From Octopus vulgaris (Eukaryota): a stretch of DNA of 64,000 nt. The stretch is from contig OX597822.1 in assembly GCA_951406725.2 (NCBI GenBank), forward strand, positions 111,538,001 through 111,602,000, read 5' to 3'. The position numbers and the translations under genes are program-made. The notes beneath the pieces were generated by a model, which was not told where the DNA came from, searched no databases, and saw only the letters and a list, made by a program, of their open reading frames with translations. Shown here in pieces: positions 1-13,652 of this stretch (position 1 is its first letter; each line of letters starts with the position of its first letter).

Positions 1-506
1 ACTGGCATGCTGATTTCACAGTCGATTGCATTTCATCGAGTATAAATTAGGTGACGTTTTGTATACTAATATATGCTTATGTTCTAAATACCAATTACCC
101 AAAAAGTGCTAAGAGGTGCATTTGGCTGCACTCAAACACAACTTGTGAAATGTTTAAATGGAAACATGCGTGGAGAACCATCATTAAAACTATGCAGTAG
201 TCCACCGTATATTATTACCTATCATCATATATCGGTTTAATTACTGCGTATGTTTTACTCTACAATTTTCAAAAACATTTTCATAGAAAGATTTGTCAAT
301 TACGTAAATAAGAATATGACATATATGTAAATGTATGTGTATAGATGTTCATATATGTGCATATACTTGCCGTCTATCTATCAATTTATATATAGATATG
401 TGTGTGCGTATTTTAATGTGCGTATGCATATATATATATATATATATATATAAACACACACATATATACATAAATATATGTATATATATATATATACATA
501 TATACG

Positions 507-554
<48 letters not shown>

Positions 555-604
555 CATACATATATACATACATACACAATGCATAAATATATAACTACAT
601 GGAA

Positions 605-722
<118 letters not shown>

Positions 723-1955
723 CTGATAACCATTATGGCTAATAGTATTACGCATTTTAGTAGCAGCGTGAGCGTTGGAAAACGATTTGTATTGAAGTGG
801 ATTATCCAGAAAATTTCTGAATTCCACGAAAAAAAAATTATTGATTTCTCTAACGTTCCAGAAGACAGTCATTCCATTAAATATGTCATATCATATGTAA
901 TGTTATCCGAAACTCTAGCCAAAAATATATCAACCAATACCTAGTTTTCGTAATCTGGTATACGTTACTGTCCAAACAGTTGGCATATTACTGATAAAAA
1001 TGCCAAGTTCCGTCATGAAAGCACCATCGAAGGACCTATCGTAGATTCAAAATCCCTTCGATAAATATTCTAATAGATGATATTTAAACTTAATCTCTCA
1101 ATCTCAGTTTATCCTTGGCTTGGCAAAGAATGTGAGCAAGTTCGACCGATTTCTAAATCAATATGAATATCTAGAGACATTACATCTACTTATAAAACAC
1201 GTCAAATCAATGGTTACACCAACTGGCTAAAAACTAGTGTTCTGATGCTAAGATCATTACTGCTCTCCGCGGTTAATTGATTCACGTTAATTGGATTGTG
1301 TGCTTAAGTAAATAGGTACAATAAAGAAATATGCATGTGCTGATGACGTATAAATGTACAGCTATATCACGATAAGTAATATTGATACGACTGATTGCTG
1401 AATTTACATGTACATGTTCTGATTTGAATGAATGATGTTCTCAATAATCCCTACTAAATCCAAAAGAAGCCAAGCAATAAGGCGAGTAGTGCAGGTAATA
1501 ACTTCACATGTGAGGAATATCGTTTAAATATTCCTCGAGTTACTACAATCATGAGAATTAATAGTTTGCGCAATATCGTTCAGGCTGTATTATATGCCCA
1601 CAATTGTGATAGTGAGTAAGTATTTTCATATGATGATAAACAAGTCATAAAGAAGAATATCATGCAAATAAATGCGACCGTTTTAGAAATACCATACATC
1701 ATTCGTTTGTCTTCTACGTATTGTGCCATGCATTAATATACAGTGTATTGTTTTGTGTATTCTTGTAGCAACCACCCTGAAGATCCTACTACATATTGAC
1801 AATTTGAAGTTCATTGTACCAGAAAGTAAGGAAGAAAATTGATATATTCTGGTTGGACAGGATGCAAATCATTTGTAGGTGAGTCTATAAGTATGAATGT
1901 AGTTATACATCCATCCGTCCGTTTGTCTGTCTGTCTGTCTCTCTCTGTATCTGTC

Positions 1956-2017
<62 letters not shown>

Positions 2018-2109
2018 TTAGAGACAAAACCCTATTATGCAAATCAAACAAAGAAAGACTTAACACAATACATAAAAAAATTTATATAAATTAAATAAAA
2101 TTAAGTTAT

Positions 2110-2155
2110 CCACTACAATTGTTTCTTGTCACTTCTAAGGACATTCATCAGGTGG
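2110..2155 (-). ncRNA. Minimal type I hammerhead ribozyme motif (mirror copy)
   Basis: Exact reverse complement of 2230-2275 in the left hairpin arm. Confidence 0.85.
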
Positions 2156-2229
2156 TTTTCAGACCTTCTATTCAATTTTAAATTATGAAATAATTTAAAT
2201 AATTTAAAATTGAATAGAAGGTCTGAAAA

Positions 2230-2275
2230 CCACCTGATGAATGTCCTTAGAAGTGACAAGAAACAATTGTAGTGG
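2230..2275 (+). ncRNA. Minimal type I hammerhead ribozyme motif, intact core
   Basis: CCAC-CTGATGA-a-TGTC(cttagaagt)GACA-a-GAAA-CAATTG-TA-GTGG: stem I CCAC/GTGG, stem II TGTC/GACA, palindromic stem III, GUA cleavage triplet. Confidence 0.85.
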
Positions 2276-2731
2276 ATAACTTAATTTTAATTAATTTATA
2301 TAAATTTTTTTATGTATTGGATTAAGTCTTTCTTTGTTTGATTTGCATAATAGTGGTTTTGTCTCTAATTAATATTATATAATATTTTACTATAAAATTG
2401 GATTCAGTCCTAAATCTGATTTTTCCCTGTAAATCTGGATTTATTCCCTAATATTTATTATTATTATATATATATATATATATATATATAAATATACATA
2501 CATACATATGCGCACATATACAAACATAAGCACAGTTATAAACAGGCACCATATGTGGTATCATCTTAGATTGTAGAGCATGGAATTTATAATTCAGAGA
2601 CTTCCTTTATCTACATTTTGCTATAAGAAATCCATTGATGTAACAAATCTACAATCATGTTTGAATTATAAATTCAATACTCTCTATGATACCACATATG
2701 TCACCTGCTAGTTCTTTCTAGAATATATTCG

Positions 2732-2815
<84 letters not shown>

Positions 2816-3829
2816 ATGTGTGCGTGCATGTGTGAATGTGTGTATGCGTGTGAATTTATATATAGAAATAAATTGAAAGACGCGAAATGGGTTTTACAGC
2901 GCCACTCCGGGAATAACTATCCTTCATAAGCCTTAGGAGGTCGACTAATCCATATTGTGTATCTCTACGGACATATTCAATGTTATTGGGCGTTGTTTCT
3001 CCTGTATTACGTTGTGGAGATCTCGAAAATATTACATTTGATTTGATCTGTTATTCATTACGAGTGAAGCGGCCAATAGAACCTGACCTACTTTCAGCAT
3101 CAGTAATAGAGATGCGTGGAATGCATCCATAAATCACCACCTTGGCTTTATGTTAATTTTCGAAGATGTTTAGAAAAACCACGAAAGTCATGTATAGACA
3201 CGAAAGGCCTTCTTGAAAGTATCGTAATAATCCAGATTCCGGCCATAGAAAACAACGTTCACTACGCGTAACCTGAAAAATACAACTTGTTCGCATAAAG
3301 ATAAATCCTTATTCTCGAAATATAGTTAAACCCTTCTTATTCTTTAAATATCGTTAATTCCTTCATTACAGGTTATTAACGGACCTCCTTGACATCTTAT
3401 TACCTCCCCTTGTTGTCCCATTTACCGAATAATATAGCTTCACTTCACATTTTAAACCCAAAACCCCGATTACCGAACTATATATTATAATCTACGTGTT
3501 AGAATACGGCTTTTATCCTATATTGAATTTCACTTGATAGCTAGGCTCCCGACTCACACTACGCATTATAATTTTCTGTTGAGTTTAATGATTCTTTAAC
3601 TTTTTTTTACTATTCCTTTACATAGCCAATATGTACACACTTTATCATACAATTTCTAATAGCAACCTTAGTTTAAACAAGGGCTTCCCCTGTAATTTCA
3701 GGAACTAACTTAGATGCCACAAATTTCCGTTACTTATTTCTAATAACAATACCGGATATCCCCACCACGCATAACTCATTCGGCCAACACCGCCGGTCAA
3801 ATAGTCATTGTCCCCACTTACTGTCACAC

Positions 3830-4032
3830 GCATCTGATGAAGGGATCTACTAACACGTGGAGATTTACAAGTCATTAAAATGTAAGCCTAGAGACTTTAA
3901 CGAACATTTTCCCTCTTCGTTTTCTTTTTCTTTGCCTTTCATTCCTTCTTTTCATTTAGAAGATATATATTACATGTAACGAGGTAAATGTAAATCTACT
4001 CCGATTTAATAAACAGAAACAGCTGTAAATGC
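3830..4032 (+). ncRNA. Possible hammerhead motif with very long stem II insert
   Basis: GCAT-CTGATGA (3830-3840) ... GAAAC-AGCT-GTA-a-ATGC (4016-4032). Stem I is offset by one nucleotide. Confidence 0.45.
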
Positions 4033-4384
4033 TTCCAAATTCTATTAAATAATGACTTTTAAACACTAATGATTCCCTTCTCATTGCTAATTATTGCTTC
4101 ATTTTTTAAATTTACACACACACTCACACACACACACACATACTCACACAGACACACACACACATACTCACACAGACACACACACACGCACACACACACA
4201 TACACATATATATATATATATATATATGAATATATATGTGTGTTTGTGTATGTGCCTGTACGTGTGCGTGTGAGTGCATGTGTGTGGTTTTATACGAACC
4301 CTTGTTTCAATTTATTAAAACAAAAGCATGGTTTGAACAAATATATGATTTTTCGATATAGTCTTCCTGCTTTTCGAGGCACTT

Positions 4385-5345
4385 TTAGCGGCGGCCCACC
4401 AGTTTGCTTATTCCAGTGGAGAGGATGGTTCTTGGTTGGTCGCATAACCATCTATGTATTGCTTCCTCCCCTTTTGTAATAAATCGATGGTCTTGTAAAT
4501 ATGTTTCCGCAGTGCAAAGAAATGACAATCGGAAGGGAACTGTATTTAGAGTATTCAAGCAACTCGAAAACCAGAATTTTTCAATTATTTTAAATGTGTG
4601 GGCGGCTGCATGTGGAAGGGAATTTTCGTGCAGCAATAGCACTTAGAGCCCTGCCTTTGGTCCGAATTGCTGGTTTCAGTTAGTTAATCAGAATTTCGTC
4701 GATGCCCACCCTGGCGACTATAGACCACGCTTTTTTCATATAATATTATAGTACAGACCTTTTTGTGCCTCAAATGTCGATTAACCATATTTTTTCTACC
4801 ATAGATTGTACTTTGAATTTCATTTTCGCTGGCGATTTCGGGTGTTACATTTCCATACACCGGCTGTTGGATGCTGACTCAAAGTGATTGAACCAGGCCT
4901 CACCTGTGGCTAATTTTCTCCAAAAACATAGCTTCCTATTCATCGTTGTAGATGTCTAGTAAGCGTCTACAGATCTCCAAACGATTGCATTTACGCGTTC
5001 CGGCAAGCTCTCTTGGCACACACCTCGCACAGACTTCACAGTAGCGAAACTTGTCATGGATGATTTGAAATGCAGATCCATGACTAATTTGCAGAGAACA
5101 CGCCACTCAAACGACGGTCAATTGTCGGTTCGTCAGAGCTGTCTGTTGAGGCTGTTGAACCTTTACGTCAGTGGTGGATGTTGCTGGACATCCTGCACAT
5201 TCTTCATGCTTCACGCTTGTCCGGCCATTCATAAACTTCTCAATCCATTCAAACACGTTTCTATGTGGCAAAGCACTGTCTCACTATTGTACTGAAAGTC
5301 TGCGATGAATTTCAGTCCCAGACTCACCTTAGACCAAAGAAGTTG
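4385..5345 (-). mobile_element. Decayed mariner transposase relic
   Basis: Frameshifted minus-strand peptides EIHRRLS, DSALPHRNVFEWIEKFMNGRTSV, VCARCVPREL (WVPxEL-like), TGEAWFNHFE, LLLHENSLPH (HDNARPH-like), AIHRWLCDQPRTILSTGISKLV. Confidence 0.8.
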
Positions 5346-5658
5346 GTCCCTAGTTCTCCAGTTAACACAGCCAGCAAAGTGGCCATGTTTACACTGTAGC
5401 ACAAGAAAGATAACTAGAACTAAGGCGATTAAGGTGAAGTCTCAGTGAAACCACAGTGTTACCACTTTTTAGCACACCCGAGCGCGCTGAAAGCCATCCA
5501 AAAGAGAGTTTTGGCGAATGTACAGGTAGTTTTTGGACTTTTCCTAGCATATACTAGGGGACGTTGAAAAGCGAAACCAGAAACTTAAGAGCCTATAACT
5601 ACGAGAATAAATATATACAAACAAACATTTGTTTTTATAAGCGTCGAAATGTATATTG

Positions 5659-5877
5659 AACGATACAAATTAAGTGATATTTTTTCGAACATAGATTTGC
5701 TGTGAGAACAGCAGAAATACAGGGTAAGATACCCTTACAAAGTGGAAAAATCTCTCAAAAACCAGCCGGCTGGTGGTTAATAAATTGTTCCGCTTTGTAA
5801 TAGCAATTTACTGAGTATTTCTGCTGTTCTTACGGCAATTCTGCGTTCGAAAAATAAAATCTAATTTGTATCGTTTA
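5659..5877. repeat. Diverged palindrome of about 220 bp
   Basis: aacgatacaaatta..tttttcgaac..agaacagcagaaatac mirrored by gtatttctgctgttct..gttcgaaaaa..taatttgtatcgtt; centre accagccggctggt. Confidence 0.75.
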
Positions 5878-6069
5878 AGAGCCTATAGTTTTATATCAAT
5901 TCAATGGCAGTGTTATTAATTTAATTTTATGTAGTCTGCTCACAACTCTGAAGACTTCAGTCACTCATGCTGGTTCTTGGATACAAATAAAGTAAAAAAA
6001 AAAACCCTTTTTATTATCGATACGTATTAATTTCCTTTATGCAACTTACCTGTCCTCCACAATGGTATA

Positions 6070-6275
6070 TAATACATACATACATACACACATACATACA
6101 TACATACATACATACATACATACATACATACATACATACATACATACATACATACATACATAATACATACATACATACATACACATACATAATACATACA
6201 TACATACATACACATACATAATACATACATACATACATACATACACATACATAATACATACATACATACACATAC

Positions 6276-6306
<31 letters not shown>

Positions 6307-7009
6307 CATACATACATACATACATACACACACATACATACATACATACACATACATAATACATACATACATACATACATACAAACACATACATAATACA
6401 TACATACATACATACATCCATACGTACATACATACACATGCATAAATACATTCATACATTCATACATAAATACATACATACATACGTACATACATACATA
6501 AATACATTCATACATAATACATACATACATACATACATACATACATACATACATACATACATACATACATACATACATACATACATACACATACATAATA
6601 CATACATACATACATACATACATGCATGCATGCATACATACATATATACATACATACATACATACATACATACATACATACATACATACATACATTGATC
6701 ATCATCATCATTGTTCGACCGTGGTCGAGACAATGGAAATTACCATGCTACGCCAGACTTCACGGTCCATCATGGCATTACGGACGTCCTGTTGCTGGAT
6801 GCCTGTATCCCTGTAGATTACATCAGGGTAGGAGAGTGTGCGCCCTCTGGTATTGCGAGTAGATGGCTTCCAGAGGAGAAGAGTAGAAATTACCTCTTTT
6901 TCAGCTCTACAACAATGTCCAGCAAACTGGACTCTCTTACCTTTCACATACATACACACACATAATACATACATACATACATACATACATACATACATAC
7001 ATACATACA

Positions 7010-7040
<31 letters not shown>
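6070..7040. repeat. (TACA)n microsatellite interrupted by a LINE fragment
   Basis: Direct reading. Confidence 0.95.
6697..6945 (-). mobile_element. RTE-type LINE 3' fragment
   Basis: RVQFAGHCCRAEKEVISTLLLWKP..RGRTLSYPDVI..AMMDREVWRSMV, then stop and (TGA)n tail. Same family as 57855-58105. Confidence 0.75.
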
Positions 7041-8756
7041 GCAAGTGAATATGTGTATATGCAAATGTTTCTACTTAAAACACGTGGTTTTAGACCTGCT
7101 AATCGAACGCATATCCTAAAAACACTCTATTTCCTCAATGAAGCTAAGCGTCATTGTATTGAATGAAGTAAGTTTAGTAAAATCTAAAGTACATATCACC
7201 TGTTATTAATCTGTAAAATTAGACATTTAAATTATAGAATCAGAAAGCAGGTGTTGCAAATACAACAGGAGAGAGCATGAGGTTTACCAAAATGTGAGTG
7301 GCTACGACTCCACTTTTAAGACCGATCAGATGCAATAATCTTTATTTCTTGATGATTGAAGGAAAAGCATGAATTTTACGTCGTCTCATACTCTACAGCA
7401 GTAAATCTTTGGGAATGTATGGAGTAAAAATTAATAGGTATCAAACATTATGATTTTGTAGCACATATATCATGTCATTTCGCATAAAGAATGCTGTTTA
7501 AAAGGCTGTCCATTGCTGGTGGTGCATTCTTATAATTTCAATTATTTACGAATACTTTTGGCATCTTCGTTATTCGTGCATGTGCGTTCTGCATATATAT
7601 CTTCGATGTCGTTCAGAAAAACAACCTTCGCAGCTTATAGCAAAGATCAATAAGCTCTTTCAAGTTGAAAGCAATAATAATGGATGTAGAACTTGTGACA
7701 GCGTATATATATACTCACATTCTTCATGAGACAAAGCGTATCATTTACTAAATGTATTACGTGATTGCACGAAGAGTTCAATAAATCAAAATGTGTAAGA
7801 TATGTTATAACATATATTCTTTCCAGTCTTGACAGCGCAGCATCAAATATTCTACAACAATCTTTATAATTTAAAAATCCCATTAATATTTCTTGTAGAA
7901 TTTGAGCATTAAAAATGTTGGAATCCTACGCTAAGACTACAGTGAACGCCTCTTGAAATTATAATATATGCTTGGCGAAATACCATTTCAAAAGTAAATC
8001 ATTATATGCTGTCACGTATTCATGTCAGTTTGACAGAACTTATATATCATGGAGCGATACTTTCACGCCAAATGAAAAAAAGAAAATTATGGCTTGTACA
8101 ATGTTCTATTTGCTCACAGTGATATGAGCGTTCGACATTTAGAAGAGAAAGGGTTGGTGCGTTTTAAAGTCATACATTTTTACCTCGGATTCAGCACAAT
8201 GTAAGTAGTGGTGTGGTGAACAATGAGGAAAAAAGTGTTCACTGTTTATTTTATTGTGGATGTTAGTACCATTTGATGTTCTGATCGATATCAAAGTGTA
8301 ATTGAATATGTATTCCAAAATCAATTTATATACCAAAATCAATCTACAAGAATCAATTATATACGACAACATATGTCACGAACTAGTAAAAATAATATTG
8401 TGTAAAATCTACTAATTTCACAAAAAGTATACTTAAAGGGGTACGTTTTAAATAAAAACGAGTAAATAAAAATGAAGAAATAAATAATAACGGGTGTTAA
8501 TTCAATATTTATAGCATAGAAATGATTGATGTGTTCTGTTATGTTTGGTGGAAGTTATGAGGATTAATATGAAATAAATAAATAATGCTACACCAAAATT
8601 TTACATTACTTGAATATTATGAAGCAAATATTTGATATGAGAGATTTGCTGGTCTTATGAAAATAACCATATATGATGTTTTGTATTGGAGTGTCGGTAC
8701 ATTTTTGAAGTTTAAGATCTAATAAAAAGAACTTTCTTTAAAACATGGACACCATT

Positions 8757-8924
8757 TACAGTTCTATATTTAAGGGATGAGGAATTGTGTACATTATTTA
8801 CATTATTTACATTTGACGGATATTTGTCCTCATCTTAACGTTTCGGTTGATATATCCTCCAGCTTTCTTCAGGTGTCTTGGGGAAATTTCGAACCTGGGT
8901 TCTCATTCCTAAGGTATTTTTCGA

Positions 8925-8982
<58 letters not shown>

Positions 8983-9031
8983 GCTATTGTTCAGGTCATT
9001 GCTTGGAATCGAACTCGGAATAATGATGATG

Positions 9032-9094
<63 letters not shown>

Positions 9095-9244
9095 TTGAAA
9101 AATACCTTAGGAATGAGAACCCAGGTTCGAAATTTCCCCAAGAAACCTGAAAAAGGCTGGGGTGTATGTCAGCCGAAACGTTGTGTTAACAACAAACAAG
9201 ATGAGTACAAATATCCGTCGAATGTAAATAATGAAAATAATGTA
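8757..9244. mobile_element. Inverted pair of hammerhead-bearing repeats around (TTA)n/(TAA)n
   Basis: Arms about 8790-8930 and 9090-9244 are reverse complements. Right: ac-CTGAAAA-aGGCTG..CAGCC-GAAACGTT-gtgt. Left (minus): acac-CTGAAGA..GAAACGTT with the stem I 3' strand deleted. Confidence 0.75.
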
Positions 9245-9727
9245 TGGCCGCTATTTACTGTCCTAAATATTTTAGAAACATTTCCTGTAATAGTATTGTT
9301 TTGTTCAAACTTAGCATAGGAATACATTGTTTATTTGATAGTCATGCAAAACTGTGAACAGATTGACACTCCTTCCAATTATGGATAATCGAGTCGCTTG
9401 GATACAATAAACTGCTGATTTTTAGAGAAATATAAAATTACATACATGAAATCATAGAAATATTTAGAATAAAAGACATTTAATACCAAATTATGACAGT
9501 TCTACCGAACTGTAGAGAATTAATTATTTATACACTGATTGATGAAGCATTTCTCCAAGTTCAAAGTTTGTAACTAATTAAATTGAGCATAATATCTAGG
9601 ACAGGCCGTATCAATATATACGTTGATTTTGATGAAACCATAGGATAAGATTATAAGAAACGTCTTTTGCAGAAGACAATTCACTGTTTTATGCACCAAA
9701 GTATCTGTAACATTTACAATTTACATA

Positions 9728-9890
9728 GGCGCAGGAGTGGCTTTGTGGAAAGTAGCTTGCTTACCAACCACATGGTTCTGGGTTCATTTTCACTGTGTGG
9801 CACCTTGGGCAACTGCCTTCTACTATAGCCTCGAGCCGACCAAAGCCTTGTGAGTGGATTTGGTAGACGGAAACTGAAAGAAGCCCGTCG
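9728..9890 (+). mobile_element. tRNA-derived SINE family A, 5' part
   Basis: Head ggcgcaggagtggct..tgg..ggttca matches 10768 and 42143. Confidence 0.85.
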
Positions 9891-9939
<49 letters not shown>

Positions 9940-9960
9940 ATGTGTATAAGCTCGAGTATA

Positions 9961-10267
9961 TCTTTATATATAAAACTGAAGTTGTGTGTGTGAGAGTCTG
10001 ACTCCGCCGATTTAGATTCCTAACTACTCCCACATTTTGCGGTGCAGTTTAACCAAAACCGGGTATCTTATAGTCGTGATTCATATCGAGCCCTTCTGGG
10101 TATTAGCGCGCGTCTACGATGAGTCTACGATGATAAAAAAATTTACCATCATTTTTTCGCAATTTTAATGCATTTTTGCTCGGTTTATATAAGGGAAGTA
10201 ACTCTCTAAAAATGCTTATATAGTTATTTCCCTTACAAACCCGAGCAACGCCGGGCGATACTGCTAG
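9961..10267 (+). mobile_element. Non-autonomous Helitron
   Basis: A|TC 5' end, subterminal hairpin CCCGagcaacgcCGGG, CTAG|T 3' end, no TSD; second copy at 63195. Confidence 0.85.
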
Positions 10268-10767
10268 TGTATATATAAACGACAACTGTGTGAGGCAAGC
10301 ATTACTCTACAACATTTCACTCAACTTATGCTGGTTAAACTTAAGTATAATAGGACACACTTGCACATCATGTGGTCACTCAATGGGACTGAATGTGCAA
10401 TCAAGGGGTCGGAGGTGTATTTGGCGGAAATATAAATCACACCTGTATCACAAGCACTAAAATAAATGATAACGCTTAGCAAGACAATGATTATTACTTC
10501 TAGAAGTTTGATTCTCTAGTAATGAGTTCTGCGGTTATTATATTGAGCGTATACTACAATTCCAGTTATAAGTACAAATATACACAAAATAAAACACGTT
10601 AAGCAATTGCAAATAAATTATTATATCAACCTGGTTGACTGGATTTCATCTTGAATTAAACAAATATTTTACTTCCATCGCACGAAAGACACTGGGTATA
10701 CATATTTAAACTTTCTACACAATTGTATATACATGTCATTAGAAATTAATAAAGTATTCCTTACTTT

Positions 10768-11176
10768 GGCGCAGGAGTGGCTGTGTGGTAAGAAGCTTGC
10801 TAATCAACCACATGGTTCCGGGTTCAGTCCCACTGCGTAGCATCTTGGGCAAGTGTCTTCTGCTATGGCCCCGGGCCGATCAATGCCTTGTGAGTGGATT
10901 TGGTAGACGGAAACTGAAAGAAGCCTGTCGTATATATGTATATATATATATATGTGTGTATGTGTTTGTGTGTCTGTGTTTGTCCCCCTAGCATTGCTTG
11001 ACAACCGATGCTGGTGTGTTTACGTCCCCGTCACTTAGCGGTTCGGCAAAAACGACCGATAGAATAAGTACTGGGCTTACAAAGAATAAGTCCCGGGGTC
11101 GATTTGCTCGACTAAAGGCGGTGCTCCAGCATGACCGCAGTCAAATGACTGAAACAAGTAAAAGAGTAAAGAGAGA
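10768..11176 (+). mobile_element. tRNA-derived SINE family A, full length
   Basis: Pol III A/B-box-like head, internal (TA)(TG) tract, AG-rich tail; nearly identical to 42143-42567. Confidence 0.9.
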
Positions 11177-13146
11177 GTTAGTTCAACGGATTCCGCTTTC
11201 TGGATATTGTGTGCGTGATATATTTATGAACACTGAATTAAAATTCGTCTCTTTATATGCTATTATATTTATCACATGCCTCTAATTTGTCTCATCCTAC
11301 ATTGTTATATAACGTGGCATGTGACAAATATTTTAATTACTCTCATCCTTCACATATCATCAGGACCTCAATTATTAGCAGAGAGCAACAAAACCCTGTA
11401 CCATCTGCTTAGAGTCATTTACGTAGAGTCATTACTGTCTCATGGCGTGAGAAACGATCGCTCTGAACATTTACTGAAATACAACGTAAATTTCTAACAG
11501 ACCAATTATTTACATCTAAGCCAAATTCAAGTAGTTTCTGAAGATTCTGGTTCAGTAAATCTACTTTCCCGCTGGAAATTGTTGACGTATAATGCAGTCC
11601 TATCTAATAACATCAAAAGTAATTTCATTCCTGCATATTCAAATTTCATTCAACAGAATTTAACTTTCACCTAAATTGTTGTCGAACTCAGAAATACAGA
11701 GGAACGGGCCATGGTGAAAATGAAGTGTCAAGGTCGTTTCTAGCATAATTCATGTAGAGAGATAAGAAATAAATTCAATATATATATATATTTAATCAAA
11801 AGACGTATAAGTGTGTCTACCTGCTGGAAATAGCAGTCAAAACTCTTATTTAAATCGCCAAAATATTTTGGCGATTTAAATACGTTTACATTTTTTATGC
11901 ATGTAAACCTATCGGTTGGAAACTGCCACGAAGAAGAACTCGACGGTATAACTTAATGGACCGTATATCTTTGGACAATTATTCCCCTAGAAACGGCTGT
12001 CGGACCTTAAGACCTTATAAATTTTTATATGGATTTATAACATTCTACACTTATACTCCAACCTTTCTAATTTAATATCGTTTTATTTGAAATCGGACTT
12101 CATATTTGTATAATTTTAATATCGCCGTAATCACCATGACCGACCAGGCTATCAGATGTTGCTACACATTGCTGGTCACAATGCGCTTCGCATTGTTTTA
12201 GCCTTGAAATGACGCCACCCCGCTGGCCAAGCGAGCAGGCCAATAAGTTTAATATATTCTTAGAATATTTGTATTGGGGTATTTTTAATGTATTTATTTA
12301 TTTATTTATATATCTATATATTTTTATAATATGGTTTTCTGCATATAATATTTTTATAACGGGGTATATTTTATTATATGCGTATTGGTAACCCAGCTTT
12401 TGCTTCTCATCATATTTTTTTCCTATTCTTCCTATGGCTCAAATCTCTAGCGCGCTTCGGTGTGTCCCCTATATATGGAGATAATTTATCTCTAAAGCAT
12501 AAATATATGTTTTCCACGCTTTTTCGATCGAATCTCCTGGGAGTCAACATGAGATAACATGACGACGATGTAAACGAATAGCTAGCCTGTTACTTCTCGT
12601 TTGAATCATTACCACTTCTGAGGTTCTGCTAACCACGAAACATATGTAGCCTGGATGTTATCTAAAGCATTCCCTAAGTTTTGGATTTCAGTTCGTATAT
12701 CCAATAACTCCTGCTGATAACCTAAAGCTATAAAACAATATATTTCAGCGAATCAGATTTCGATACGGGGAAAATTTACAGCCTTGTAAGTCAATAAAGC
12801 ACTATTATTCCTGAATATAGTTTTTATATCTTCTAAGGACTGTTCTAAGCTTACTATCTTCCCACACATTGATCCTTGGATCGTACCTTTGCATATCTAT
12901 CTATCTACCTATCTATCTATCTATATCTACATATCTATATATCTACATCTATATATATATATATATACGTAACAACACGTGGATCGTTGGCGATCTATTT
13001 CCCCCGTGTTCCTTTTCTTTCCCACTTTCCAGCGTTTCCTGCTTCTGACGATGAGCTTGTTTTTTTCCCTTGTTGTGCTTGTTCTTCGTTTTTATTGGAG
13101 GTATCAACTATATATATGTTTATATATATATTTATTATATAGAAGG

Positions 13147-13197
13147 AGCTTCTACAGGACTAGTACTGTTTCATTCAAGAGAAATCTTCAGGAAGCT
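13147..13197 (-). ncRNA. Type I hammerhead ribozyme motif, intact core
   Basis: Minus strand AGCTTC-CTGAAGA-t-TTC(tctt)GAA-t-GAAA-CAG(tactagtc)CTG-TA-GAAGCT: 6-bp stem I, near-palindromic stem III, GUA triplet. Confidence 0.8.
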
Positions 13198-13544
13198 ATT
13201 TAACAAGAATTGTATTAGCATTTATACATTTAGGCAGGTTTAAAGGAGTGGTGGTGGGGGACTTTTTGGGGGTAGGCATAGCGCAAAATATCATACTTGG
13301 GGGAGTGGTCAAGGAGTCAGTGGTAAGTTAGATGAAAGAATAGATAAATAAAAAAATAAAAAAATAAAAAATAAAAAAATAAAAATAAAATAATAAAAAA
13401 ATAAAATAAAAAAATAAAATAATAAAAAAATAAAAAATATAAAAAATATATATAAAAAAATATATATATAAAATATATATATAAAAAAATATATATATAA
13501 AAAAAGGGGGGATAGAGTTATAGGTAAATAAGGAGATTCTCACT

Positions 13545-13603
13545 TATACCTATACACACATGTATACGTATCTACACACACATACATACATACACATATA
13601 TAT

Positions 13604-13652
<49 letters not shown>

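Larger units (their letters stand above)
2011..2465 (+). mobile_element. Fold-back element in (TA)n, Penelope-like pseudo-LTR type
   Basis: Arms about 2011-2186 and 2199-2375 with few differences, 12-nt loop, unpaired tail of about 90 nt, (TA)n on both sides, one hammerhead per arm. Confidence 0.75.

Noticed and set aside
8869-9150. Near-identical ORFs on both strands
   Set aside because: Consequence of the inverted repeat, not a gene.
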